NCBI GenBank assembly: GCA_036172245.1
Contig: JAYWIR010000002.1
Location: 2,852,001 to 2,916,000 of the forward strand
Length of the DNA stretch: 64,000 bases
Source: Raillietiella orientalis
Lineage: Eukaryota
Direction: 5' to 3'
A model generated the notes under the pieces. The model worked only from the letters and a program-made list of their open reading frames with translations. It did no database searches and was not told the origin of the DNA. Below, in pieces: positions 11,401 through 24,135 of this stretch. Made by a program: the position numbers and the translations under genes. Position 1 is the first letter of the stretch; the number at the start of each line of letters is the position of its first letter.

Positions 11401-13092
11401 CGGGAGAGGACAGGCGTGTCTTTCAAAACATTCGTAAATCACGCGCAACGGAACGCAACAATGCGATGGTGTGGGGGTTGGGAGGAGGAGGGACGGAGAT
11501 TAGAGACTGGTAAGGGAGTGCAACGGAGCTGTCGGGGTTCGCAGAGTCCAGGGACAAACCCACGGCTGTTCCCCTGGAGGGGTACCTGGCGCATCCCCCT
11601 TTCTTCTCTCCGACTGTGGATCCCCTTTTTTTCTCGATTTCACACCGGGGGGCAGACTTTGACAAAAAAAAAACGCTTATACGGTCGTGAGTAAACAGGA
11701 TTACCACCCTCGCAGGTTGAGATGCACATTCTTAATGGAATGGAAACCAATCCAATGCGAATGGCAAACAAGTCCCGAACGTCCAAGGGCGAGGTCTCCT
11801 CTCAGGTGCCACGCTGATGAACGCCTAACTCGCAAAGTTCAAAAGCACGATGCGAGCAGCCCAGCCAGCAATAGTGGTCACCGTATATGCATTTCCGTGC
11901 GTGTGCACGTTCCCAGTATTTCTGTTCCGATTGTTTTCTCCTTTACCATTGCATTGGTGTTCATGAATGTTTCTGTTATTCTCTCTAGAGTAAGTTGAAG
12001 AAGCCTTTTCTGTTCCAAAAGACAGCTGTTACTAATTGCTATCTACGTGATGCTGGAATATTTGAAATAGAAAGCCCACCTTTCCCCTTCCCTACTATAA
12101 TAAAATTATGTGGACCTGAAGAATTTCCAACTTTTCAAACTTCCCACAATTTCCAAGTTTCAAAGGCTTCATAAGCGCAGACAAGTACTTGAGATGAGAA
12201 TCAAACCTCTGTTTGTTTTTTGTCTTTTCCTTCCTTTGCATCAGTTCATTTGTTTTTCCAGCTCACAAAAGCAATCGCTGAGCATGTTTAAGAACACCAT
12301 CCTCTTTTGCTTGCCCAAAATTTTTAATCAAGTTACCCTTAAATAAAGATTGGGTGGCATTTTCGGCACAAACAATGATTGACACTGATTCATAATTTGC
12401 GCTGATTTAAAGCATCATCATTCCCATGCTGTACTCAAAAAGGAACCTGCATTTCTAAACCCATCTTGAAACTATTGAGGGTAAATATTCATCTTTGTCA
12501 AGCACTCCAAATTGCTATCAGGAATCCTTTTCATCTCTGCCTTGCTATCATGCTCATCTATTCTTGTGCAAGAATTTGCATATTTAATATATTCCTATTT
12601 CCCAATTGTATTGATTTATTTGTGGATACTTGTAAGTCTACTAGGCGCTTGACATGAAATCGAACTGATGCTTCCGATACCCGTCCAATTTTGTGCAACA
12701 TCAGGGTTTGTGAGGTTTACCCAGGGGCGATTATCGCGGGTCGTAAACTTAAACGAATACCCAACTTGTAGAAAGGCAGTTAATCAAAGGTTTCTACAGG
12801 CCATCTTTGGTTGTTCCTCGAACTCGAACTTGTGAATCGTTTTCAGTGGAAAATTGTAATGAAATTTTCCATGAGATTTGTGGAAAGAATGAATTTTTCC
12901 GAAAAACATTTGTTTTCTTTGAGGGCTGTAGGATGCAATCTTGGACTCATGTTGACACCACGAAACACTGGAAAATCCAGGAGATAAACGTTTCTTCGGA
13001 TCTCGAAATCCTGCTTCATCGAGATCTTCGATATAGTATGATTATCACGATCTCAAAATGTCCATCTCCAAACGATCTCCATGCTAATACAA

Positions 13093-13517
13093 CTAAAAAA
13101 TAAACAAATGGACACACAAACAGAGTTCACTCACGGTGAAGCTTAGCAAACTGTGAGGTAAAAGATACCAGCACGGATCCATCAGAAAAGCCACCAGTAG
13201 TTTTCACATAAGCTTCTTGAAGCTTCCATACTTACGTCAGGCCGACATTAGTGGGTGCAGGCAGCCGTTGCTAACAGATAAATACAATTGCCTCCTGAAG
13301 GTCTGTTTCCCCTAAGAGAATATGAAATCCCTATCTGTAACCGGGTCAGCATTTGCTACGTATATTTTAACTGAATCTGCTTTCCATTTTTTGTTTGGCT
13401 CCTCCATCACGATAACTATTGCATTGATACATCTTTTTTTGAGCTTCAGCACTTCCTACAAGATCTTATCACGCGTTCGTACTTATCTACAGTGGACAAG
13501 TTGTTCTCCGCCGCCAT
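13093..13517 (-). other. Candidate spliced transcript (lncRNA, small ORF or distal 5' UTR exons) with a 16-nt micro-exon
   Basis: Chain of intron-like units on minus: 13312-13359 (48 nt), 13151-13235 (GTAAGT...tcttttacctcacAG) and 13093-13134 (42 nt, GTGAGT...ttattttttAG). No long reading frame crosses them. Confidence 0.4.
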
Positions 13518-14581
13518 GACTACGCCACGACTTCTAGCTTTACTTGCTTAGATTCATACCTGGAAGCGCCGAGACGTTTATTTATACTTAAAAAATATAT
13601 TTAAATAAACATGCAGTTTTCTTATACTAGCCCGAGGAAAAGTTATCCAAGGAGATCAGTGAATCCTATGGGGACGAAAGGGAGGAGGAGAGGATGGGGA
13701 TGGGGCCTTGGGAAGGATTTTGGCGCCTAACAATCGGCTGATGTATCTTTCCAGCTCCTCGCGATCCCTCCTCTTCAGATATGTCCGTCTGCGCGCCGTT
13801 TTACTTGTTTAAACGTTGGCATTCGCAAAAGTAGTAACATTTTGAGTTCTAGAAATTCGAATCTGTTCGTGGATGAAATGGATGACGTGAGATGGATATT
13901 TCGGATTACATTATTTTGTCGTAAAAGGGAACAGCGCTCGTCGGTAGTGAAATTAACCAAGCAAGACCGCCAAAGGTGACAGCAGGCATCCATGATCCTC
14001 TCTTTCTCTCAATCTCCGTACCCCTCGTGACCTTTCATAGCATGCAATATCTTTTCAACTTTGGCAAAATTGGCAAATTAGGCTTTGTGTATTTTACAAA
14101 TTGGAGCATCGTGCCTTGTCTCTTAAAAGCCAAGTTTCACCTTATTCCTTGAACACCCCACTTACTGGAACAGCAGCAGCCAGACCGATTTAGACTGCAT
14201 TTACAATTTGGGTGAGTGACTTTTGTCATAGGCGCCGGACATGGCCCAGCTCACAGCATATGATTTACACACATACTGTACTTCCTTACTTCGTTACCTA
14301 TGTGGGCAGGTTCGTCAGATGCGTGCACAAGTACAGACTTGCTGCCGCCTTTTGCCTTTGTCCTTTCCTGACGAAGACAAATCGACCCTTCCTCCTGCCA
14401 TTCCCTTCAACACGCGGATGGTCGGCATCCGTGCTCTGCATCCGGAAAGAGCACTAAACCGCTCCGTCGGCTGCAGGCTGGTGTGATTCGTAGCCCGCTT
14501 TCAATCTCGAAACATGCGAAATTAATGAGTGCCCTTTACAGATCATTATTGCTCCCTAATTTAATGGGCGAACGTTTTTTT

Positions 14582-14587
<6 letters not shown>

Positions 14588-14623
<36 letters not shown>
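14588..14623. repeat. (AT)n microsatellite
   Basis: About 18 perfect AT units directly following a T run. Confidence 0.97.
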
Positions 14624-14625
<2 letters not shown>

Positions 14626-15304
14626 ATGTGAGCAAGATGTTTTTAATACTCTCTTAATTCATGCCGACAAACGGAACGCTATTACTTCCAGCAAAACATG
14701 AAAAACAGGGTTTCCTCTAAGTTTCCGAAATCGCACAATATTGTAGGAAATGCAATTGCTGTTTGTGGGCTTTAGCTACTGCTCTTATTTTAAAACAAAA
14801 AGGCTTCACATCTGTATACCCTAGGAGTACGCTATGCATTATTCCTTTGCATGATTCTGCTGCAGAAAATAAACCACTTTTCGTTTCAATAAAATACACT
14901 GCTACCATCTACCACTCACTCGTCAGGAAAAGAAAGAGCAAATACCTAAGTAATTATCATTTTTAACTTCTTTTTCTAAATATCGAAAAATCTGACTGTT
15001 TGCATGTAGCATTAAAGCTGGTTCATATCTTTCCAAACTCGTATTTCTAAATGATGAAGATAACTCTGCTTGCCCTAATACTATTGAAGACAATCCATCA
15101 GGTGGATTTTCAAGAAATAACGCAAGAAATCAAATGCCCACTTGAATCAATAGTCACCAAACTCATTTAAATCAAGAAATAATCATGATATATATTTCTA
15201 CAGATAAGTTTGAAGCATTTTTACATATCACAATGCAAATCTATAGCACCCATCTTGCTACATACGGAAAGATATACTGCTTTTTTTTCTTCTGTACGGT
15301 TGAA

Positions 15305-18300
15305 CTAGAAATTTTCACTTTTTTCCATTCTTTTACGAAAAAGTTCACTGACCTCTACACAAAATTGCTGCATAATGGCTTTCCTCAAACTAACTTGATA
15401 TGACTGCTGCTGCTTTGCAATATATTTGACAAGTGGTAACATAGCGCGCGCTTTTGTATCTTTACAGACACCTAATAATATGTACTGCAAAATCCAAACA
15501 TTCTTAGTTTCTACAAACTGTTGTAAGTTTGCTGTCAGCCACGATGCAGTTTGCTCCTCAGAAAGATTCCATAAAATCTATAGATCAATAACAGTCATTA
15601 GTAGAATGACAACTTCTGAAATTAAATCTGCAATGTTTGAAAAAATGCATGATGTAATCACTCATAATTTAAAAACAACATGGCTACATGACAAATACAT
15701 ACAAATTTTCATACAAACAGAATGCATAACAAAGGTAAGGTAGCACCACCAAACACTGCTTGCCCTTATGTTGAATATTCACCAACGGCAGAAACAAGAT
15801 AAGAGATTGAAAACAAGTATTGGAGTTTGGCTCTCCACTTTGCCTCCAAATGAGTGCGCACTATTGTAAGAGCAATTGTGGTAGGATCTCTGGGATCCAA
15901 GAAATGACGCATTGAGGGGATTAAATTCCCAGGAGAAAAAGATGGAGCACATCAGAAAAGAAACGATGTGCTCAAACGTAAAATATTTCCGAGATTTCTA
16001 TAGGAAACATCAGATGGTCCTGTAATGGAAGACTTATCACAGTTGGAGTTGACAAGAGACAGGAGAAAATCGATATCCTCATACAAACAGAAAGCGTAAC
16101 AAATCATTGTCATGAATGGCAATGCATAACAAAAGCATACTAAGCAGCACTGCATTTACCTTACAAAGAAGACTACCGATAAGATGGACATGGATGATTT
16201 CTGTATTGCAGAATTCTGCTGAAAAATGACAAAGAACATCCTGTGGTGCTATTAAGTGATTGATTAAAAAATACAATGTCTCAACAATGCATTCTGCATT
16301 TCGATGACCAACCAAATGCAAGCTGAATGACTGATTAATTTGGGCTTAATAGAAATTCCATGATCTTACCACTGAATTAGAGATAGAAAAACATCTACTG
16401 CTGCCAAATCTACAATGCTAGATGACTGCATGGAAACATGTTTCTTCCTTTTGAGGCATTCAAGAAGAATCTGCAAGCATCTGGAGAATATTGGGAACTG
16501 AGGCACTGTCAACAAATCAAGAGCTTGTTTCTGGAGGATGTCTATTTGACCATCCAATATGCCCAAAGGAATAATTGTCATGAAGCCTTGCCAAATAGTA
16601 TCCTGCATTAGAAAGCTAGGACTGCCAAAATGTTCCTGTAAGGGAACAGAGGTAAGATTTAAAAAATTTTCTCTGCAAGCAGGATAATGAGATGCCACTT
16701 CTAGAGACAGGGAGGCAACAAGTTGCAGATGTCTGTCACTGTTTATCAGGTTAAAAACATGGTAAAGCAGATCTACAAAACAAACCTTTGACATGATCCT
16801 GTGCTGGTTTCTTGCAAACTATGCATCACTTTGTGCAAAGCATGTTCGATCAACACAGAAGGCCCACTCTGAACAAGCAACAGACATGCAGCTATAGCAG
16901 CTGATCGAGCACACAGCCACGTGCTATTCACACTTCTATCCAATAGAGCAAGAAGTATCCCTTCCATTTCCACAGGTCTATTGATAAGGCTCCAGACTTT
17001 GGAAAAAGCCAAAAACAGATGACCAACTGCAGGGTGTTCTGAACGAATGTGTGGATGCAAGTCATGAAGAATGAGTGACATCCAATGAAATTGAACTGAT
17101 TCAGTAAATGTATCCGACAAAACAAGCAAAATGCGCAGCAAGGTTAGATGAAGTGCAGGATATTGCTTGAACCAATTAGGTAGCCAGTCCATCAAAAGAC
17201 GTTGGCAGGATACTAAATCCACTGAAAGAGCAGCATACCACTTTTGAATTACCTGGTAAGCTTCAAATATTTGGAATCAGTTTGTTCCATCTATAAACTG
17301 ACCTGCATGCTCCGTATCCCTGCTGAGAATAGCCTTTAAGGCATTCATTGATATCTGGTCAGTTGAATACTCCTTCTCATGTTTAGCACGTTCCCAGTTA
17401 TAGTTACCAACCAAGCAACCACCACCATCTGGAGTTTCCAATTCGAAAATATTTTTGTTCCCAATTATTGCTACATTTGAAAAATGGCGTGGAAAATGAA
17501 TGTAAGAAGATGTAACAGGATTTCCAGATGTAGGAATAGAAAAAGCTTGAAGAAATAATCCTAAAATCTTGCTTATTTTAGATCATGCATTATTGCAATG
17601 TTCACCAATGAGAGCTTGCAATGCTATGCTAAATGTGGTAGATATCGCAGCCTGAGTATCAGCCTCTGGTAAGAGATCTGCCTTGATATTCATAACTGTC
17701 AGCAGTGCCATCCAGCTTTCTTCAAATTGATGCCAATGAAGCCATCCCATTTTCAACATTCTACATTAGGATAGTATTCTAAAATCAAAATGACATATCA
17801 CACCTGAATGCATATTCTTGAAGAATATCAGGATCCTGGAGTAAGCTGGAATGCAACAGACTACTAGAAAGTTCTTCTGGCGATATTTTACTCCACCGTC
17901 CTAAAGGTAATCGAAGGGCAAGATATGCTGAGTCAAGACGACCCACAATTTGGATTAAAGTAAGAATTGATGTTTGCAAAGACAAGGGCCAACAAGGCAA
18001 AGTACCCTCTTGCCAGGAAGATAGCAGTTGATTCATTGGCCAAAAATATTTGCAAGAGGAAGTTTGTCTTTGGGCAGAGAGAGATGTCGGAACAAGTAGT
18101 ATAATTAGACTGTAGAGACTGCTGATCACAGTTTCAGAGAAGCAAGCCCTAGAATTAATGTATGTGAATATGGCTGGAATGCACAACCAGCCAACAGCTA
18201 GCTTTAGGAGGTGAAGTAAAAACGTAGGAATACAATTATGAGTGGCTTGCCAACTTGCACCCTAGACATTAATTAGAACCATTTACAAATGAAGGACCTT

Positions 18301-21300
18301 ACTTGCAACAATAGACAGATCATATGAGCCAACTGTTCAAAATCTTCCGGAGAGCAACACTCCAAGTTCAAACGCAAGGCTAAAATAGCCACGAGAATGA
18401 GTTCATTTAAGTAACAAATATTCCAAACATCTTGCTGGTTAGAATTGAAATAAGAAACAATGCTTTTGACCCAAGGTAGAAAATCTTCACTGACGGTAAC
18501 AGAAGACTGCTCCTTTAACAAATAAGGAATTAACTGCTTCAAGGATATATCATTATAGATAACTCTAAAAAGCTGAGGAACAAGCTGCTTCCTTCCATCT
18601 TGCAGGGCTTCTGGGATATGATCTTGACTAGAATCGTTTAGAGATGGGAAAACAGCCAACTGTTCTTTCTGTTGAAGCTGCTTCATCAATTTTTGTGTGT
18701 AATGTCTAATTAACAAGGGGCAATCATTAAAGTTTATATAGGACAAACAATCGACCACTTGCTGTCTCAAATTGACAGAAGCTATCTCTAAAATCTGAAG
18801 CAAATGCATATTGCATGATATGGTCAGTTCTCCAGAAGTCAGTAAGTTATTAATCGATGCTGTTAAGACACTGAATAAGCTGGCATCACATAGCACTTCA
18901 GAGAGCAGAGAGGTAACGATCTCTTCTTCATGAAGTGTCACTAATTGTGCAAGATGGTGCTTAATGAGCTCACAGACTAGATCTGAATGGGAAGATATGT
19001 TCGTGCTCAAAATGTGGCAAAGTAACACGAGGATGGATTGATTTGTTGATGCACAAAAAATACTTGAAATACTGTAAAATAAATTGTCAAGTCTTAGCTA
19101 CATAGAATTTTGTTACCTGGGTATTAGATATTTCTCCCAAAAGTGTATTCCATGCATCACTACTTGAGACACTAATTCCAGCCACAACACCCCTATATAG
19201 GGCTCCCAAATGGCACACTCAGCAATTATCTGATGTAAGCATGCATCCTCATTTTCCAAAAACCATTTTTTCAATTCTAAATTCCAGAGAGGATACCGCT
19301 TGCTATTATGCAGTTTTTGAATCAACAACAACAAAATAGCCAGCAAGGATGCTCCTTGTTTCTCTGATGATGGCAAGTAAAGCTGACTAAATGTCATGCT
19401 TCCCGCATGCTGCACTATGGTAAAAAGCATCCTAATGCACTGAACAAGTTACCTATAACAAATATTATTCTCCTTTACCTGACAGAAGGAAGTTCTTCTC
19501 TAATATCAGCACACTGTAGAGCACACACTAAAATAATCAACAGTAATAATACCAAGGTAACTGGTACCTAGAATAGAGAGACAGAAAAGAACCATGAATT
19601 CTCTAGAAATCCCATCTTTACTTGCTCATTTGTCAATCTGGCTACAAGATGTCTCCAATCAACACAGGAAAAAGAAGCTGGAGCTAGCATAAAGAGTACA
19701 GACATGACAGAACGGTTTAAAAAAAATGCACTTCTGGACAACAGGCAATTGAACTGCTCAAAAAATGCAGTGAGGATAAATGTAGATGCTTGCTGCCATT
19801 TAATCAAATCTTCTTGGTACCAGACTGCTAAACAGATTCTTAACAGTTTCCAGACTTTAACATGCTGTAGAAGCCGGCAGAGCATAGAAAGGATTACTTC
19901 CCTCTGAGCTTCTTTTTCAACTGTTATGTGCTCCAATGTAGAAGTTTTCACAAAGACTTCCTCCACTAATGCCTGCAGAGGATCGAGCACTAATAAATTG
20001 GGGGGCATTCCACTAGCCAGTAATGCATCACAGTGTTGTATCAGTGTAGGTAAACTCAAAACTACCACGTCTTTATTCAATTGCTCAAAAGATAATAATA
20101 GCAAAAAACGAAACATCCAAAGAAGAAGAGGCTGAGGATCACTGAACAAGCATTGTAGACTCTCGTAACTTTAAGTTCCTTACCAAACGTATCCCAATTC
20201 CATTACTTCCAACTGTCTCAAAATGAACTGAAGAAAGTTAAGGTTAGGATCCAGAAGCACATAGCTAACACGTAATTGGAGAAGTTGACAAAGTAGGGAC
20301 AACACTTGTGATTGAACATTAAAGTTATAGCTGTTTGTATAAATCTATGGAAAGCTTGAGTTTTATTAATCTCCTTGGCTTACATTCAGAGCATTTAATA
20401 CTACTCCTTCAAAAAACGGAATAAACTGAGCCAAGGCTGGGTGTGATTTAGAGGGTTTAAAACTGTCATGTGGAGAATCTAAAGCTTCTTCTTTAAAAAG
20501 AGCACTACACATAGTAAAATAAAAGATCAATGATAATTATAACAAGGAACGTAAAGATTCTTACCATATGTCCTCTGGCACTTGAATTTGCAGATACATG
20601 CTTTTTTGCAAGCAATTAGTGATAGAGGTACTTTTCTCTGATTCTGATAGAGTCACTTTACTATTCTCTTCGAGAAAGAGACTTTTCAGCAGCTTACGTG
20701 AACAAATTGTTCAAAAGATATGAGATCACACTTATAATCTTTTTCAACAATACCTGCTGGATTGCATGCAAGCTGGCTTCTGGGCAAACAGTTAAGACTT
20801 TACTAATGCATGATAGCATCTCTTCTACCATGGTGCTCAATTCAGCTAAAGTAGTGATGCGCAGAAGCTCTTCAAGAGCTAATAAAACTGATTGTGTGAA
20901 AAAAACGAATTTTTCACCTGCTGTCGTTTCCAGAGACATCTACAGAACATTAATCTGATGTTGCACACATGAGTAATTTAAGCTACCTGATATACAGCAT
21001 ATGATCCTATTAAAGTAGTGAATATTTGCTCATAATCGCTCGAGTCTTTCCCTAATTCTTTCTCATAGAGAGCAAAAATCTTTCTTTGCCTCTCAACTTT
21101 TGAAAACACAGCACCAGAAGTATTTCCTTGGACTACTATTGAACACATAGACAAGAAACGCAGAGTACAGCCTAAAAGTTGTTGTAGTAATCCTATAATT
21201 CTAAAATCTGCCAAGTGATTCCAAGGTTCCGAAGAATTCGTTGCAGGAGTAAAAAATAAAGATCCAACTCCTACATAGACATTTTCAATCTCAAAAATCG

Positions 21301-24135
21301 ATCATCCTACTATACCAGCAGCAATTCTGGCTGCTACAACAAGTGGAAAAGCAACTGCTTCTGGATCATTGGTACAAGGTTGACGTAATAATGCCAGTAG
21401 AGTTTGTACATAACCAAGGGCAACACATGCATCTCCACTAATACCCCAAGACTCTGCAAAACAAGTAACTGGATATTCCTGAACCAGCTGATAAAGTGCC
21501 TGCATGCAGCCTAACTAAAAAGTATGTTTTCTCTCATAAGAAAGAAGTGGACAACTCACACTTAAATAGCTGTTACTATGACCAAACTCCTTTTTTAGAA
21601 GCCATCCTACAATCCAGTTGAGATGATAATCAACAGGAGGAGGAGTACTCTGATAGAAAATAGGTCCCAATACATTATGGCAGCTATTTAGCATCTGCCT
21701 GGAAACATTACTGCACACTGTTTCCATTGGTGATATCAGATTGGGTAATAATCTAATAAAAAGAATAAGTTCCAAAGTGAATACATAATGTTACATTAAC
21801 CTGCAAAGAACAATAGATGCTGCACCTCGTAATTTTGCATTTTCATCTGAAAGTGAGGGTACTAAGATATGTTCCAAAAGGAACAGCTGTAAATAATTCA
21901 TTTTCAAAAAACTAAGGGTGGCAAAGGAAACACATTCTAAACATTCCAGTATTTTCAATCTCAAGGGCCAATAAGAATTCGTACTGATATGGAGTAACTG
22001 TTTCAGCAAACTACCACCTTCTAAGCACCAGGAACTATGCCAAAGCACAGGTAGACAAGAATGTAGTGCAGATACTGCATGTTGAGAGGTTACTGATGAC
22101 TGATCTGCCAAGCCCTACACTCAATCAGTCTTTCTTTCTTTATTCCAACAGTTTACCTTCTGAAGCATCATCACCATTTCTGGGACATCCAATTGATCAT
22201 GGAGCACTGCATACTTGCAACTAAGCACTGAACCAATGACGGATAGAACAGCACCTCTCATCTGAGCATCTTCATGATCTCTGTATAGCAGGATATCAGC
22301 AAGTTTCTGTGCTGAGTCTACCATCCATAATGCTCAATAAATATTCAGGAATTAGGGGCATATGCTCACTTGAGTTGATAGACTGCTGCAACATATTTGG
22401 CTGGATAGCTAACAAAAGCTGAAGACATCTCAAAGCCAAAACCTTCAATGCAACACGTATACTTGAATCAGATATTAATTGGCCTGGTTCACCTCCTAGG
22501 AGGAATACGTTGGCCAACTTTCGACACACAGTCAATAAGGATGACTCAACACCATGGATATTAAGCTGAAGATGCTTGTTAAAGTCTTCTTGTACATCTT
22601 CACTTTCCGATACTTACCTGCATAGGGTACAATTTATGGTCTTCACAGTGTGTCTGATTGAACTGGCATGCAGAAATCACATCCGGAGTGCCCTCTAATG
22701 TTTGGGAACTTTCACAGAATGGCTCACAAGAAGCAATTGGAAGAGGTACATCTTGGAAAATGTGATGGCTGTTAGCCTTCAGAAGTTTTTTACCGATATT
22801 TGCAAGCATTTGTTCCTCTGCGGATGCACTGTTATATCTAACATGATGAACATACTGCCAGAAACGAAGTGGAGCAATGCTCAAAAGTTCCTGCAAGGAT
22901 TCTAAAGATGCAATGATGACATTGTGATTAGAATGCTGTAGACAAAAGAGACATATGAGCAGAATCTATTCAAAAAAAAATAAATGCTTCCATTTTGATG
23001 ACACTTTTATAAGACCTGATATAACTGATTCCAAATATGAATCTCTGGATAGTCCATGCTATCAGAACACAAGTGCATTAATGCAGCACGTATCCAAAGG
23101 AAAAAGCCAAGTAGGACAGCATCAGCTGATCGTTCCTCAGATGTTTTTTCAAGAAAATGTGAACCATCACACAAGACCTTCTGCATAAGCCACTTGAAAA
23201 AATACTTAGGATTCTTGGAATACAGAGTAATTGTGATGAGAATCTGAACTGTACTCCGCCGAATTCCTGCTATTTCTGAAGATAAATGTGACAGAAACGA
23301 AGTTAATAACAGCTGAAACCATTCATTAGTAAAGTAAAACTGCCTTTTTATATAATACTTCTGTGTCTGTGTCATTAATAAGAGCACCCAAAGAAGGCCA
23401 AACTTTCGCTATAACAAAACAAAGTGCTTCATGGATTTGTTCTTCTAATCTTTCACTCAAATGAACTATCAATGGTGGGAGAACTTGTGCATATGTTTTT
23501 CTTTTTTGTATTCTACAACATAGGATACATGTAATCATGAATTTGTGTGAATATGTCAAGAAAACTTTAACACTAAAAGATTTTTTGAAACCTAATGAAC
23601 GATCCAACATGTCCAAACTTTATCAGTGCAGCTCTTAAGCTTCTTGCAGGGCCATTGCGATGCAATTCTTTAGAAAGTTCGACTTGAACCCTTCCCAGAT
23701 GATACACTGTAAGATACTAATCTATGTTTAGTGATATTTAAGTACCATTAAATCATGTCATGCCTTTATAATTCTGTCAAGCACTTCACTTGCTAGCAAG
23801 CAAACATCTTTTTCTGCATCATTACATAAAACAAACAGAATCTCAAAAATTTGAGATAAATGGGAGCTGTTGTTTCTCAGAAAGAATTTGGCGTCTTTGT
23901 TTACAATTTCGATCAAAACAGTTGATATGAATTGTACCTTTTCATGTTTTAAATCTTCATTATATTTCTGTCTATAAGAGAACGTATCAAACAATGCACA
24001 AATCAGAAAGTACATGAATTACCTTGACGAGTAATCATCTTTAAAAGTATCAGCCTCAAATTTAACATTCTTTTGCATGCCTCTTATGAATTTAAAGTCT
24101 GTGAGAGCTTTGACTAATTTTTCGAAATCAGCCAT
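15305..24135 (-). CDS. HTT: Huntingtin ortholog, about 27 coding exons, roughly 2,300-2,350 aa
   Basis: N17-like start MADFEKLVKALTDFK. Motifs ELHRNGPARSLRAAL, HSNHNVIIASLE, FLLGGEPGQLISDSSIRVALKVLAL, LLCQLLQLRVSYVLLD, EKEAQREVILSML, MGWLHWHQFEESWMALL, SGNPVTS, APQDVL...EF. The terminal exon 15305-15577 (SWLTANLQQF...VWILQ...RAMLPLV) matches the huntingtin C-terminus. Confidence 0.95.
15709..16103. repeat. 25-nt direct repeat pair inside the last huntingtin intron
   Basis: TCATACAAACAGAATGCATAACAAA (15709-15733) against TCATACAAACAGAAAGCGTAACAAA (16079-16103), 23/25 identical. Partial third copy AATGCATAACAAA at 16121-16133. Confidence 0.85.

Larger units (their letters stand above)
3100..11900. 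other. GC- and CpG-rich compositional island
   Basis: Hand counts: 46/60 G+C at 6721-6780 and 49/60 at 9481-9540, against 9/60 at 301-360. Abundant CpG, CGCG and GGA/CCT runs. Boundaries are approximate. Confidence 0.95.

Noticed and set aside
3137-11707. Dozens of overlapping 100-440 aa ORFs on both strands of the GC island
   Set aside because: Stop codons are rare at this GC content. The products are R/P/G/S low-complexity with no domain motifs, so they are shadow ORFs.
12703-13027. Short inverted repeats (AGGTTTAC/GTAAACTT; GATCTCGA/TCGAGATC)
   Set aside because: Stems of 8 bp or less with no target-site duplication or second copy; compatible with chance.
15766-16078. Apparent UGA readthrough or recoding at the huntingtin C-terminus (TGA 15952-15954, followed by PxxPxxxxLTxxR resembling human PGSPYHRLLTCLR)
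   Set aside because: The exon at 15305-15577 joins in phase to the donor at 16159 and matches the huntingtin C-terminus much better. The TGA-containing frame is therefore intronic and the resemblance is probably chance. Other genes here use TGA as a normal stop.
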